Positions 63,665-64,000 of a DNA stretch of 64,000 nt are shown one piece after another; position 1 is the stretch's first letter; each line of letters opens with the position of its first letter. The translations under genes were made by a program, and so were the position numbers. Below the pieces are notes generated by a model. That model saw only the letters and a program-made list of their open reading frames with translations, did not search any database and had not been told where the DNA came from. The DNA is from Elusimicrobiota bacterium (GTDB lineage Bacteria > Elusimicrobiota > Elusimicrobia > Elusimicrobiales > UBA9959), in contig JACRER010000031.1 in NCBI GenBank assembly GCA_016234365.1, forward strand, positions 9,729-73,728, given 5' to 3'.

Positions 63665-63679
63665 GCCGCCGGGGACATC

Positions 63680-64000
63680 ATGCTTGAGACCATCGCAAAA
63701 CAAGACATCGAAAAGACGGTCTTTACCTTTATAGACGTGGAGACCACGGGCCTTTCGCCGCGTTCGGCGCGGGTGTGCGAGGTTGCCGCCATCAGTTTCC
63801 GCGGGGCCGACAGGGTGGAGACGCTGGCGGAACTGGTGAATCCCGGCATGCCTATCCCGGCCGAGGTTTCGCGCATACACGGCATCACGGACCTTATGGT
63901 GAAGGACAGCCCCTCGTTCGGGGGGGTGGCGCCGCGCCTGCTGGCCATGCTGGAAGGATCCGTGCTGGTGGCCCACAACGCGGAGTTCGACCTGGGGTTC
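63680..64000 (+). CDS. DEDDh 3'-5' exonuclease (DnaQ/epsilon-like), 3' end outside window
   Basis: Own translation from the ATG at 63680: MLETIAKQDIEKTVFTFIDVETTGLSPRSARVCEVAAISF...VLVAHNAEFDLGF, with ExoI DVETTG and ExoII HNAEFD motifs. The frame is open to the window end. Confidence 0.8.
   Translation, partial: MLETIAKQDIEKTVFTFIDVETTGLSPRSARVCEVAAISFRGADRVETLAELVNPGMPIPAEVSRIHGITDLMVKDSPSFGGVAPRLLAMLEGSVLVAHNAEFDLGF

Overview
GC-rich, densely coding bacterial chromosomal segment of about 60 genes, many with 1-8 nt start/stop overlaps. I recognised no rRNA, tRNA, CRISPR array, IS element or prophage.

The gene content points to a diderm organism: LolCD, a PorV-like and other outer-membrane beta-barrels, three lipobox lipoproteins including a CsgG-family protein, and a T9SS-type C-terminal sorting domain. 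It also carries Firmicute-style hrcA-grpE-dnaK-dnaJ-rsmE and mcsA-mcsB modules. The lineage cannot be assigned from this sequence alone.

Housekeeping content: arfB, an SDR, mtaB, comM/yifB, dprA-topA, a Xer-type recombinase, dacB, murQ, ndk, lysS, two GH13 alpha-amylases, an envelope-glycan cluster (ExeA-like ATPase, PIG-L, GT4, epimerase), formiminotransferase-cyclodeaminase, an Etf-linked acyl-CoA dehydrogenase module, two histidine kinases and a CHASE2 cyclase.

Most interesting observations:
1. A co-directional block (14422-23414) encodes a Zn-ribbon/TM/helical-repeat protein, a Pro/Glu-rich protein and a DnaA-clade AAA+ protein. The AAA+ protein lacks the DNA-binding domain and the Arg finger. 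The Pro/Glu-rich and AAA+ proteins share a C-terminal domain. A GAF histidine kinase and a three-lipoprotein CsgG-like set follow.
2. A ~480 bp intergenic region upstream of hrcA, with no convincing ORF, contains nested long-range helices (candidate ncRNA or long leader).
3. A single in-frame TAG splits the acyl-CoA dehydrogenase of a CarCDE-like (ferredoxin-fused EtfA) module.
4. lolCD and mcsAB are translationally coupled.
5. A giant tandem-repeat surface protein is coupled to a PorV-like barrel.

The kilobase-scale antisense ORFs in the track are codon-aligned artefacts of GC3-rich genes.
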